A program made the position numbers and the translations under genes. A stretch of DNA of 64,000 bases from a virus. The first letter of the stretch is position 1; every line of letters starts with the position of its first letter. The notes below the pieces were generated by a model, which was given only the letters and a program-made list of their open reading frames with translations, did not search any database and was not told where the DNA came from. Below, piece after piece: positions 25,384-35,568 of this stretch. The stretch lies in IMG/VR virus record IMGVR_UViG_3300044641_002513, positions 24,897 to 88,896 of that record; one strand, 5' to 3'.

Positions 25384-28300
25384 TGAACCCACACGTTAAT
25401 ACTTATACAGGACTTAATCAAGATACTGCTTACGATAGTATCCCACCTAATTTATATATTGACGCACTAGATATTAGAATTACTACTACTTCAGGTGAAT
25501 CTACAGGAGCCTTTACTAATATGAAAGGTACGGTAGAATCTTTTACTATTCCTTTTGATTCAGAAGAAGCAAATCCTTCAGGAGAACCTTTTGGTGTTTG
25601 GACTGCATCTAACCCTAAAATCATTGGCTACACTACTATTAGAAATCGAATTATAGTATTTGTAGCAGATGACTCAGGAACTAAAAGTTGGATTTACGAT
25701 ATACAATATAATACATCTACTAGAGAAATACTTAGTGGCTTTCCTGCATTAAAGTATTACAGCCCTTTACTTAACTTTAGTAAAGATTGGCCTATAGAAG
25801 CATTGGGACGATATGAGTCTGATTGTACTCAAAGAGTTTATTGGACAGATTATAATAACTTCTTTAGAACTATTAACTTAGAAGACCCTAATCTAACTAC
25901 ACTAGACCCAGGATTAGTAGACATCTATCCTAATGTAGAATTTACTCAACCTTTACTAACATCTATTACAGGAGGAGGAGCATTAATGTCAGGTGAGTAT
26001 CAAGTTGCTTATAGACTTATTACTTTTGACGGAAAACAAACATTAGTATCTCCACCCTCTAACTTAATACATATTGTATCAGATTCTGAATTAACTAATT
26101 CAGCTGATTATAACGGAGACCCTATTGCAATAAACACAGGCAAATCTCTTTCTGTTACTGTTGACACTTCTAACTACAGCATTTTTGATAAGATAGAATT
26201 TTTAGTTCTTTATTACGAAAATGGTATAGCTACTCCATCTGCAAAAAGTGTAGAGACAGTGGGAATTGGTCTTAACACTTCAATAGTATTTACTTATACT
26301 GGTTCTGAAGGAAGCCAAACTACCGAAGAGTTATTTACATTTGCTACTAAAAACTTTGCTTTTAAAACACCTAAAAGTATTACTCAAAAAGATAATAGTT
26401 TAGTAGTTGCTAATATTAAAGGTTCTCAAGTTAACCTTGCTAGTTTACTAGGGCCTAACGAAACTTTTTATGCTAAAACTAGACGATACAGAAACTTAGG
26501 AGGAACTATCACACCACCATTTACTCCAGGCTCAGGTAACGATGATAACGATTTACAAAACGCTTTTAATCTTGCTCTAAATAAAGATGCTCATTGGGAT
26601 TCTAATTGGCAAACTAATCAGCAATATAGATACCAGTCTGACGGAGCAAGACTAGGAGGAGAAGGTCCCAACATCAGTTATACTTTTCACTTAGAACCTT
26701 ACACTGTTGACGGAGACGTACAAGCAGGTATAGCTTCATTAGCACCTGTTCCTTTTGGATTTCCAAGAGATTCTCACGATTTAAACGACGGTTACGGTGT
26801 AAGACCTAATACTACTTTTGCTAATGCTGCATCTCCGTTTATATCAGGCTTACTACGTGGTTACAAACGAGGAGAAACTTATAGATTTGGTATTATCTTT
26901 TACACTACAAAAGGAGAAGCTACATTTGTAGAATACATTGGAGATATTAAGTTTCCTGATATTTCAGAAGAAGATAGCGTTAATAACCTATCGGGTACTC
27001 CTTACTTTCCTTTATCTCAAGCTGACCCTGATACACCTCAGTTTACTATTGCTTACAACTTAGGTATTCAATTTAGTATTGACTTTAGTACTTGTCCAGA
27101 TTTATTATCTAATATTACTGGCTATCAAATAGTTAGAGTACAAAGAACTGATACAGACAAACGTAGAATAACTCAAGGTACTGTTAAAGTTTTTAAAAGG
27201 TTTACAATGGGTCCTGGTTCTAGTCGTTTTAATTTAGAAATAGATGGAAGTGATGAAGTAGTACATATAAATCACTTACAGTTATTTGACGAATTTGGAT
27301 TCGTAGACCCAAATTCTACCCCTACTCATTTAGCTTTCTTTTCTCCTGAAATATCTTTTAAACATAACACAACTATAGAAAATGCTACATCAGGTAATAC
27401 TGCTTTATTGGTAACAGGAGGTTATACTATACAAGATGTTGTTTTAAGTAGTTCAACATCTGATAAATCTCCTATTGATTTAGGTAAAAAAACTGTTGAT
27501 TATAGAATAAAATTAAAAAATACAATACCTTCTACTTTTAATAATATTGAAAATCTTAAACGTTGGGAAAATAATATGTATATGAATATGTTAGACGATT
27601 CTACTTATACAGATAAAGTAACTCCTTTGTTTAACGGTTTTTATATGCGTAATTATTGGGCATACAATGAAAGTTCTCTAAACGATTTAAATAATCCTGC
27701 TAATCAAAATAGTATACCTCCAGGAGATAGTTATTTTAGTAGGTCAGGTAGTAATATCATAGGAAATACAGCAAAATATACCGTAGACCCTTTAACACAG
27801 TCTGCTGTACCTACTGTTTCTTCTTATAATTATCTTAGACCTGGTTCTATTACTTTCTTAGGAGGTTTTGGAACAGATGAAGTTTTTCCTATTGTAGATT
27901 TAATACAACCTAAAGTAGAAGTTTATGGAGGTTATACAACATCTGCTTTAGAATCAAATGTTTTTATTACTGCTTCTCCTATCATTGATACTTCTGAAAC
28001 TAATCCTATTGTATTTGGTGGAGATATATTTATGAATATGTTTACTCTTCAAACAGCTATGACAGATTTTGATACAAATTTGTATAAAACAAGTCTCACA
28101 GCACCTTTTTTTCAAGGTACTTTTGTAAGAACGGAGTTGTTTGTAACAGAGTCACAAATTAATCAAGACCTTGCTTACGGTGCTACGTTACGTACTCTAG
28201 TAGAATATACTTTTGACGGAGATGAATCTCCTGTACTAAGACAAGAAAATAATAATACAAAAGCTCCTACTGCTAAAGATGTAAGTAATATGTATGCTTA

Positions 28301-29633
28301 CAACCCAGTTAACTCTAGAGAAAACATAGATGTAGCATTTTTTGTAGAACCTACTACAAGTAGTAGTGGATGTGTTATTAACGATGTTAGAGGTTACTTG
28401 TCTAATGTTAAAATTAACAATGAACAATTAGATTCTTGGACTCAATTTGGAGTTAATAATTATTATGATATAGATGACTACGGTCCTATTAATAAAGTAC
28501 TTAACTTTAAAGATAACATCTTCTTTATTCAAGATAGAGCTGTAGGTATTTATGCTATTAATAGAGCTGCTATTACCACAGCAACTGATGGAGTGCCTAC
28601 ACAATTAGGAACAGGTTTAGGATTTGGTAAACACCAATACTACACTAAAGAACATGGTTCTATTCATCAATGGGCTGTAAAACAAACTGACTCAGGTATT
28701 TACTTTTTTGATGCTATTCACAGAAAGATATTCTTATTAGGAGAAGGCAACTCGCCTTTATCTGAAGTAAAAGGAATGCACTCTTTTTTACAAAACTTAG
28801 GTGCAGGAAATTATTTAAGAAAAGAATACGGAGGAGATAATCCTATTTTAGGTAAAGGAGTGCATATAGGAAAAGACTTAATCAACAATGAGATTATTTT
28901 TACTTTCCTTACAAGTGGAATGATTAGGGCTGTAACAAGAGAAACTACTTATAATGTTTCTGATATTATACTAATTAGTAGTACTGTTAATTATTATGTA
29001 GTAATCACCTCTACCTTTACTACTAGTGACGGGAGTCCTGCTGAGCTTATACTAGAAGTACTAGAACATGCAAACGTATTAGAAGACTTAAAACAAGTTA
29101 CAGACTTCTCTTTAGTCTACGATGAACTAAGTGCTTCTTTTTCTTCAAGACTTTCTCAAACTCCTCCAATATGGATTGAAAACGGAGACACATTAATAAC
29201 AACTAAAAAAGTTGGTAATGCTGAAAAAGGATTTGTTCACAACATAGGAAACTATGGAGAGTTTTATAACAATATAGAAGAATGTTTTATTTCTCTAGTT
29301 GTAAATCCTCAAGCAGATTTAAACAAGATATTAAGAACTTTAGAATACAATTCAATAGTAAGAGATAATAATAAAATAGTTGATAGAACTCAAACAATAA
29401 CAGCGTTTAGAATCTATAACGAATATCAAGATACAGGAAAAGTTTCTTACTCAACTGATAGAATTAAAAGAAGATTTGATAAGTGGAGAGTTAAAATTCC
29501 TAGAGATATTAATAATCAACGTGCTCGTTTGCGTAGTTCTTATTTTATTGTAAATTTATACTTTGATAACTCTGAAAATAAAGAGTTGATAATGAATAGA
29601 TTAATTTCATACTTTGATGTTCAAATGTTTTAA
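25383..29633 (+). CDS. tail stabilization (muzzle) protein
   Basis: 1416 aa; GLNQD, VYWTD, GYKRGETYRFGIIFY, FGGDIF, YFFD, RRFDKWR, ARLRS motifs. Confidence 0.85.
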   Translation: MNPHVNTYTGLNQDTAYDSIPPNLYIDALDIRITTTSGESTGAFTNMKGTVESFTIPFDSEEANPSGEPFGVWTASNPKIIGYTTIRNRIIVFVADDSGTKSWIYDIQYNTSTREILSGFPALKYYSPLLNFSKDWPIEALGRYESDCTQRVYWTDYNNFFRTINLEDPNLTTLDPGLVDIYPNVEFTQPLLTSITGGGALMSGEYQVAYRLITFDGKQTLVSPPSNLIHIVSDSELTNSADYNGDPIAINTGKSLSVTVDTSNYSIFDKIEFLVLYYENGIATPSAKSVETVGIGLNTSIVFTYTGSEGSQTTEELFTFATKNFAFKTPKSITQKDNSLVVANIKGSQVNLASLLGPNETFYAKTRRYRNLGGTITPPFTPGSGNDDNDLQNAFNLALNKDAHWDSNWQTNQQYRYQSDGARLGGEGPNISYTFHLEPYTVDGDVQAGIASLAPVPFGFPRDSHDLNDGYGVRPNTTFANAASPFISGLLRGYKRGETYRFGIIFYTTKGEATFVEYIGDIKFPDISEEDSVNNLSGTPYFPLSQADPDTPQFTIAYNLGIQFSIDFSTCPDLLSNITGYQIVRVQRTDTDKRRITQGTVKVFKRFTMGPGSSRFNLEIDGSDEVVHINHLQLFDEFGFVDPNSTPTHLAFFSPEISFKHNTTIENATSGNTALLVTGGYTIQDVVLSSSTSDKSPIDLGKKTVDYRIKLKNTIPSTFNNIENLKRWENNMYMNMLDDSTYTDKVTPLFNGFYMRNYWAYNESSLNDLNNPANQNSIPPGDSYFSRSGSNIIGNTAKYTVDPLTQSAVPTVSSYNYLRPGSITFLGGFGTDEVFPIVDLIQPKVEVYGGYTTSALESNVFITASPIIDTSETNPIVFGGDIFMNMFTLQTAMTDFDTNLYKTSLTAPFFQGTFVRTELFVTESQINQDLAYGATLRTLVEYTFDGDESPVLRQENNNTKAPTAKDVSNMYAYNPVNSRENIDVAFFVEPTTSSSGCVINDVRGYLSNVKINNEQLDSWTQFGVNNYYDIDDYGPINKVLNFKDNIFFIQDRAVGIYAINRAAITTATDGVPTQLGTGLGFGKHQYYTKEHGSIHQWAVKQTDSGIYFFDAIHRKIFLLGEGNSPLSEVKGMHSFLQNLGAGNYLRKEYGGDNPILGKGVHIGKDLINNEIIFTFLTSGMIRAVTRETTYNVSDIILISSTVNYYVVITSTFTTSDGSPAELILEVLEHANVLEDLKQVTDFSLVYDELSASFSSRLSQTPPIWIENGDTLITTKKVGNAEKGFVHNIGNYGEFYNNIEECFISLVVNPQADLNKILRTLEYNSIVRDNNKIVDRTQTITAFRIYNEYQDTGKVSYSTDRIKRRFDKWRVKIPRDINNQRARLRSSYFIVNLYFDNSENKELIMNRLISYFDVQMF

Positions 29634-29635
29634 CA

Positions 29636-32600
29636 ATGGATATACCTAAAAAACTTAAACCCAAAAATCCTTTCTTAACCTTACAACCTCTTTACACTAA
29701 TCCTACTACAGGGTTAGGATTTAAAGCTGCAAGTATGGAATTAGGTTTAGAAGGAAACTATGGTAAAAAGAAAGAATGGACTTTAAAACCTCACATCGGT
29801 TATAGTTATAATGCACCGCAAGGAACAAGTCCTTTAAGTGGTGGTATAGATGCAAGTTATAAAGGTATGGCTAATCCTAGTCACACAGCAAATGCTGTTG
29901 TTAATATGGGATTAGGGTACAATAATGCTGGAGGATGGAAAGGTTTAACAGGTGGTTTTGATGCAGGCTATCAATTTAATTTTGGAGCTAAGAACAGACG
30001 TAAAGGAGAAATAAAACCTGGAAAATTTGCAGGTAGTTTAATACCTTATGCAGGAGCTAATGCTACAGATGGTCTTATTTACGGTGGAAGAGGGAATTTT
30101 GAATGGAGACCTAAGTTTGGAAACAAAGCACCATTTACTGTATTTGGTGGAGCTAATTTAAATTTTGCACCAACAACAGGTAAAGCAAAAGAAGTACAAG
30201 ATACTGGAACTGTCTATACCGAGGGCGAAGTGGGAACTGGAGGTATAACTACAACCCCAGGAGCGTTTAAAGACAACTCTTCAGAAGGTGTAAGATTTAA
30301 ACCTACTTTTGGAGCACATTTAGGAGTAAAAATTCCTTTACATAGAATAGCAGAGCATCTACCTTCTTTTAACCGTAACCCTATACCTTATCCTGAAGAC
30401 CCACTACCTTTACAAGGAGATTTTACTTATGCACAAAGAGAGCCTGAGTTATCTGATAGAGGAAAAGATTTATTAGGTACTTACGATGAAACTCCTCAAC
30501 AATTTAAACAACGTTTAGATGAAAGAAGTATAGGTAATTTAAAAGTTGACCCTAGATACATTAATCAAGATATACGTGCTGATGAACTACAAGAATTTTC
30601 TTGGCAAAATAAATCTTATATTCCTTCAGAAGATAGTGATGATGGTTATGCTTTAGGAGGTACTATAAGAACAATGGATAAAGGCGGTAGTGGTTGTCCT
30701 GAAGGATATGTTTGGGATGGTGCTAATTGTATAAAAGATGTTAATTTACCAGAACAATCAGTTTATGGTAATGAAGCTAAAAGAAAACTACAAGGTTCTT
30801 TAATTGATAAATACAATCAAGCTAAAGGAGCATATCAAGATTATAGAGAAAATGCTGGTTTAACTAAACAAAGATTAAAAAATGAAGGAGCTTCTTCTAT
30901 TGGTGTTTTACAAGGACAAATTAAAGAATATAAAAATCAACTAGAAGAAGAAAAGAAAACTTATGATAGAGCACAAAAAGCTTTAAATGTTTTACAGAAA
31001 AAAGATTCTGCTAACTGGAAAGATAAAAAACTTAAAGATGTAATGTCTGCACAAGGTGTAGATGCACTAAGAGATTTATATAGTAAAGGAGAAATGTCTG
31101 AAGCTACTTACAGAGATTTTTATAACAATTTTGGACAAGCTTATGATACTAACGTAAAAAAAGGCACAGGTTCAGGAGCAGAGTATTCTGCAAAAGAAGC
31201 AAAAGATAAATGGGGGGAAAGTAAAGATTGGCAAGATTTTACAGGTATGGTAAATAAAGCTGCTATAGCTGCTCCTTTATTTGGTGGAGCTGGAGCTTTA
31301 ACTGCAAGCATACCTGCTATGGGAGGTGCTAGTAGTGGCTTTATACCTGCGGCCCAAACAGCTTTTAATACAAGTATGTTAGGTGTACCTGGTCTTACTG
31401 CTAATAATTTATTATGGGGAGCGGGAGCTTACCTAAGTGCCGACCAAATTATTGACCCTAAATCAGCCACAAGAACTTCAATTAATACAGCAATTAAAGA
31501 CCCTTCTTTATATAATGTAGTAGATGCTGCTGGAAATGTAGGTATGACTGGTTTAGGTTTTGCTGGACTACCTGTTAAAGCTGGATTAGCTTCTTTAGCT
31601 GACGATGTTTCTGGAGCAGGTAATTATTTACAAAAAAGCTATAATCAAGTAGCTACAGGTAATTCCGCTTTACCTATAGCTTGGAAAGTAGAAAAACCTT
31701 TAGTTAATGCAGAAGCTATTAAAAATTCAAGAGCATTAACAAATGAAGAAGCCGAAGTATTAAAAAAATATTTAAATACTCCGTACTCTGTTAATAGTAA
31801 TCGTGAATATCGTAAAATACTAGATAATATTGTTAAAACAAGTTCTGCTGATTTAAGTCAGGTCAATCAACCTTTAACAAGAATTAATAATTATTATGTA
31901 GCAAAAGGGGCAAATCCTAAATTACCCACAAGATATGGGCAAAAAATTACATATCCTAGTCAAAGGTCTTGGAGTTTAGGCGATGGTGCTACAATAGGAT
32001 TTGAAAATAGAGGAAGACAAAGAGTGATTATTCCTAGTAAATATGTTAAAGAAGCCGAAGGCTTTCACGCTATTGATTACACAGACCCAAGATTAGTTAC
32101 AGACGGTATAAATAGAAGTGTAGAAAAAGAAATATTTGGTAATGTACCCGAAGGATATAAAGTAATAGGTAAAAGTAATGAAGGAGGTTTTGAAAACATT
32201 ATTGTAAAACCTATTAAAACGAAGCCAATTGTAAACTCTTCTGTAGATGATGTTGGTAAAGGTGTAACAAATACAAATGAATTACCTCTTCCACCAAATC
32301 AAATTTTTATAGATAATAATGCAAGTCTCAATTTACAACGTGCTGGTAATAAATCTAAAAAAAACATATATAAAAAAACAGAAACTATTAATGAAAATGG
32401 TTTTGATATAAAAACAAGATACAGAGGAGATGAAAATATACCTGCTGATATAACTATAGAAGGTAAATCAGGTTACTGGCAATTAAAGCCTAATAAAGCA
32501 GCAGGAGACAATACATGGGCTTTTTCTGCAAATATGGACAATCAGTTAGAGTCAGGGAAAGCAATGTTAAAAATGAATGAAAAATTTCCTTTTCCTAAGC

Positions 32601-34657
32601 CGAGTATTTTAGAACCTAATAATCTTAGTTTAGACTCTTATAATACTTTACTTAATATGGGTAAAAGAAAAGATTGGTCTATGCAATTTGAAAATTATAT
32701 ACCTTTAAATCATAGTGCTAAACACAGTACCGTACTAAAAGAGTTGGACTTGCCCAACACTCCTAACACATCTATTTTTAAATCAGAAGCAGAAGCACAA
32801 CGAGCTTTAGAAAAAGTAGATGAATTTTTGATTAAAAAAGGTATTAATGAAAAAGCAAAAATTTATTCTACAGGAGATTCTTTTGGGATAGAAATTCCTA
32901 ATTTTAGATTAACAAGAAATTATGCTAACGGAGGAAGTCTAGCACCTAATATACCTACTTACTATCAATCTAAAGGTACTCCTATTTACAGAGATACTAC
33001 AGCTTTACCATTTGCTACAGGAGGAGATTTAGATGGAGGAGGCGACCCAATGCCAGACAGACCTAAACTACCTAAGTTAAGTACTAATGATATGACTGCT
33101 TATATCTATGACACAGTTGTTAAACTAATAGAAGAAGCTAAAGCATCAGGTAAGATTAAAGAAGGAGAAGATTTAAATGCAATGGGTGTAACTGCTCAGA
33201 TACTATTAGAATCAGGTAACGGTAAATCAGGTTTAACTCAAAAGTATAATAACTTTGGTGGAATAAAAGCAAACGACTCATACATTAAACGAGGAGGTAA
33301 GTATGTAGGAATGAATGCTTCTGGTGAAAATGTAAAATCTAAATGGAGAATATACGATACTCCCGAAGAAGGTTTAAGAGACCAAATTAGTTTTTATTTA
33401 GACAATCCTAGATACAGAAAAGCAGGAGTACTTAATGCAAAGACTGCACAAGAACATGCACAACGAGTACAAAATGCTGGATATGCTGGTAACGAAAAGA
33501 AATATGCAAGACAAGTAATGCAAATGGCTAACTCTATTCCTAATAGGTTAAAGAAAGCTGACCCTGCTAAACTACAAACATTTGTTAGTTCTTACGCACC
33601 TGTACAACCAGCTGTTAATCCTATAATGCCTGTACAACCAGTACAGCCTATAGTTCCTGTTGCTCCACCTATGACTATTGCAAATGCTCCTATTAACACA
33701 CAAGTAGTTTCTACTCCTGTAGTTGCTACAGCTCCAGGTGGTGTACTAACTAATTCAGCTTTACAAGCACAAACAGCTGCTAACAATGCAATAATGACGA
33801 GTGCATTAAACAATGTTGCAAACTCTAATATCAATAGTAATGTAGCTAGCCAGCAAAATCCTTCTTACCCTATTACTATTGATGAAAGTAGTATGGAACA
33901 AGAAGAAGTTCAATATCCTAGTTACAGTCCTGAATATCCACAATGGCCAGGTATAAATGTAGATTTTGATATGGCTCGTTCTAAAAGTTTTAATCTACCT
34001 AAGATGAATAAGCCTTCTAGATGGGGTTATCAGCCTATGTTTAAAAAAGGTAGAAGTACTCAACTAGCTTTTCCTGTAATAAGTGATATAGAGGCTACTC
34101 AATATCCTAGTCCTATATCTAAAATAGTACAAGGTGTTACTGGCTACAATCCTAACTACTATGAGAATACTTTTGACGAAGAAGGTAACTTAGTACAAGG
34201 AGAATTAGAAAGAGCAAAAGAAGAAGGAAGACCTGTAGAGTTCCAAAAAGGTTATAGTTCTATACAAGATATATTTAACAGAAGAGCCTATAACAAACAG
34301 TTAGAACAAATGCAACCTGCTATGTCTCTTGAAGCTACAATAGAAAAAGCAGGTGGAGGATTCTTAGCAAGTGGATACGGTTCTAGCTTAGATGAGTACT
34401 ACGCTAACGGAGGACAAATGAAATACACTATGTATGATGTATTTGAAAACGGTACTTACTACGGTAAAGGAGGGCAAATGATTAAACGTGCAGACGGTTC
34501 TTATTCTCAACGTGGTCTATGGGACAACATCAGAGCTAATGCAGGTTCAGGTAAAGCTCCTACTAAAGAAATGCTAGCACAAGAACGTAAGATTAACCAA
34601 AAGAAATACGGAGGTCCTTTAACTAGATTCTATCCTTCTAACATTCAAGAATATTAA
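29636..34657 (+). CDS. mosaic virion cargo protein: OMP-like beta-barrel, TM region, ADP-ribosyltransferase, unknown domain, GH73 glucosaminidase
   Basis: Amphipathic beta strands at the N-terminus; R...SWS...EKE ART motifs; AQILLESG...NNFGGIKA...GYA GH73 motifs. Confidence 0.75.
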   Translation: MDIPKKLKPKNPFLTLQPLYTNPTTGLGFKAASMELGLEGNYGKKKEWTLKPHIGYSYNAPQGTSPLSGGIDASYKGMANPSHTANAVVNMGLGYNNAGGWKGLTGGFDAGYQFNFGAKNRRKGEIKPGKFAGSLIPYAGANATDGLIYGGRGNFEWRPKFGNKAPFTVFGGANLNFAPTTGKAKEVQDTGTVYTEGEVGTGGITTTPGAFKDNSSEGVRFKPTFGAHLGVKIPLHRIAEHLPSFNRNPIPYPEDPLPLQGDFTYAQREPELSDRGKDLLGTYDETPQQFKQRLDERSIGNLKVDPRYINQDIRADELQEFSWQNKSYIPSEDSDDGYALGGTIRTMDKGGSGCPEGYVWDGANCIKDVNLPEQSVYGNEAKRKLQGSLIDKYNQAKGAYQDYRENAGLTKQRLKNEGASSIGVLQGQIKEYKNQLEEEKKTYDRAQKALNVLQKKDSANWKDKKLKDVMSAQGVDALRDLYSKGEMSEATYRDFYNNFGQAYDTNVKKGTGSGAEYSAKEAKDKWGESKDWQDFTGMVNKAAIAAPLFGGAGALTASIPAMGGASSGFIPAAQTAFNTSMLGVPGLTANNLLWGAGAYLSADQIIDPKSATRTSINTAIKDPSLYNVVDAAGNVGMTGLGFAGLPVKAGLASLADDVSGAGNYLQKSYNQVATGNSALPIAWKVEKPLVNAEAIKNSRALTNEEAEVLKKYLNTPYSVNSNREYRKILDNIVKTSSADLSQVNQPLTRINNYYVAKGANPKLPTRYGQKITYPSQRSWSLGDGATIGFENRGRQRVIIPSKYVKEAEGFHAIDYTDPRLVTDGINRSVEKEIFGNVPEGYKVIGKSNEGGFENIIVKPIKTKPIVNSSVDDVGKGVTNTNELPLPPNQIFIDNNASLNLQRAGNKSKKNIYKKTETINENGFDIKTRYRGDENIPADITIEGKSGYWQLKPNKAAGDNTWAFSANMDNQLESGKAMLKMNEKFPFPKPSILEPNNLSLDSYNTLLNMGKRKDWSMQFENYIPLNHSAKHSTVLKELDLPNTPNTSIFKSEAEAQRALEKVDEFLIKKGINEKAKIYSTGDSFGIEIPNFRLTRNYANGGSLAPNIPTYYQSKGTPIYRDTTALPFATGGDLDGGGDPMPDRPKLPKLSTNDMTAYIYDTVVKLIEEAKASGKIKEGEDLNAMGVTAQILLESGNGKSGLTQKYNNFGGIKANDSYIKRGGKYVGMNASGENVKSKWRIYDTPEEGLRDQISFYLDNPRYRKAGVLNAKTAQEHAQRVQNAGYAGNEKKYARQVMQMANSIPNRLKKADPAKLQTFVSSYAPVQPAVNPIMPVQPVQPIVPVAPPMTIANAPINTQVVSTPVVATAPGGVLTNSALQAQTAANNAIMTSALNNVANSNINSNVASQQNPSYPITIDESSMEQEEVQYPSYSPEYPQWPGINVDFDMARSKSFNLPKMNKPSRWGYQPMFKKGRSTQLAFPVISDIEATQYPSPISKIVQGVTGYNPNYYENTFDEEGNLVQGELERAKEEGRPVEFQKGYSSIQDIFNRRAYNKQLEQMQPAMSLEATIEKAGGGFLASGYGSSLDEYYANGGQMKYTMYDVFENGTYYGKGGQMIKRADGSYSQRGLWDNIRANAGSGKAPTKEMLAQERKINQKKYGGPLTRFYPSNIQEY

Positions 34658-34668
34658 ATTGACTACTA

Positions 34669-35526
34669 ATGAGATTAGCTGAACTATACGCAAACAAATT
34701 ACAAGAATTACAGGCACAAGACCCACCTGACGGAGGACTAAAATCGTTAAGTGTTGAAGACCGTACTAAACTAGTTTACGATTATGTAGCTAAGAGTATA
34801 GCAAAAGCAAAAGAGTCGGGTGCTATAGCTCCAGGAGAAAACTTAGATGCTTTAGGAATCACTGCTCAAATAATGTTTGAGAGTGGTAACTTAGATTCAG
34901 AATTATCATCTAAGTACAACAATTTTGGAGGATTAAAAGCAAGTTCAAATTGGGGAGGAAAAACTGTAGCAATGAAAGCAGGCGACGGTAAAGTAGCTAA
35001 TTGGAGAGCTTACGATACACCTGAAGAAGGACTAGCAGCACAAGTAAACTTTTACATAGAAAATCCTAGGTATAAAAAGAACGGAGTGTTTAATGCTAAA
35101 AATCCTAAAGAACATTTAGAAGCTGTTGCTAGAGCAGGTTACGCAGGTAACGAATCTAATTATGTTAGTAGTGTAATGACAATGGTTAATAGTATTCCAC
35201 AAAGATTAAAAAAGAGTAATCCTGAATTATTAGCACAGTGGACTGCTCAAAAATCTACTATGGGAATGCAAGGAGTAGAACCTCAAGTAATACAACAGTC
35301 TACACCTGTACCTGTTGATGCTTATAACAAATTAAATATTTATCCAGAAATAAATAAATCTCCATATCAAAGTACTAGTATAGTAGGTATGGATAATATA
35401 AAACTATCTAAGCAACAACAAGGAATTGAAGACCAATTAACAGAAACAATGATTACTCCTGAAAAGATGACTGCACCTAAAGGTTGGTTTGGTTCAGGTA
35501 AATCAATGTTCTTTGGAAATAAATAA
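34669..35526 (+). CDS. GH73 (FlgJ-like) peptidoglycan hydrolase
   Basis: AQIMFESG, YNNFGGLKA, WRAYDTPEEG, NPRY, AGYAG. Confidence 0.85.
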   Translation: MRLAELYANKLQELQAQDPPDGGLKSLSVEDRTKLVYDYVAKSIAKAKESGAIAPGENLDALGITAQIMFESGNLDSELSSKYNNFGGLKASSNWGGKTVAMKAGDGKVANWRAYDTPEEGLAAQVNFYIENPRYKKNGVFNAKNPKEHLEAVARAGYAGNESNYVSSVMTMVNSIPQRLKKSNPELLAQWTAQKSTMGMQGVEPQVIQQSTPVPVDAYNKLNIYPEINKSPYQSTSIVGMDNIKLSKQQQGIEDQLTETMITPEKMTAPKGWFGSGKSMFFGNK

Positions 35527-35568
35527 GATTAATTGAATAAAAAATTATAATTTTATAAAAATTTTACT

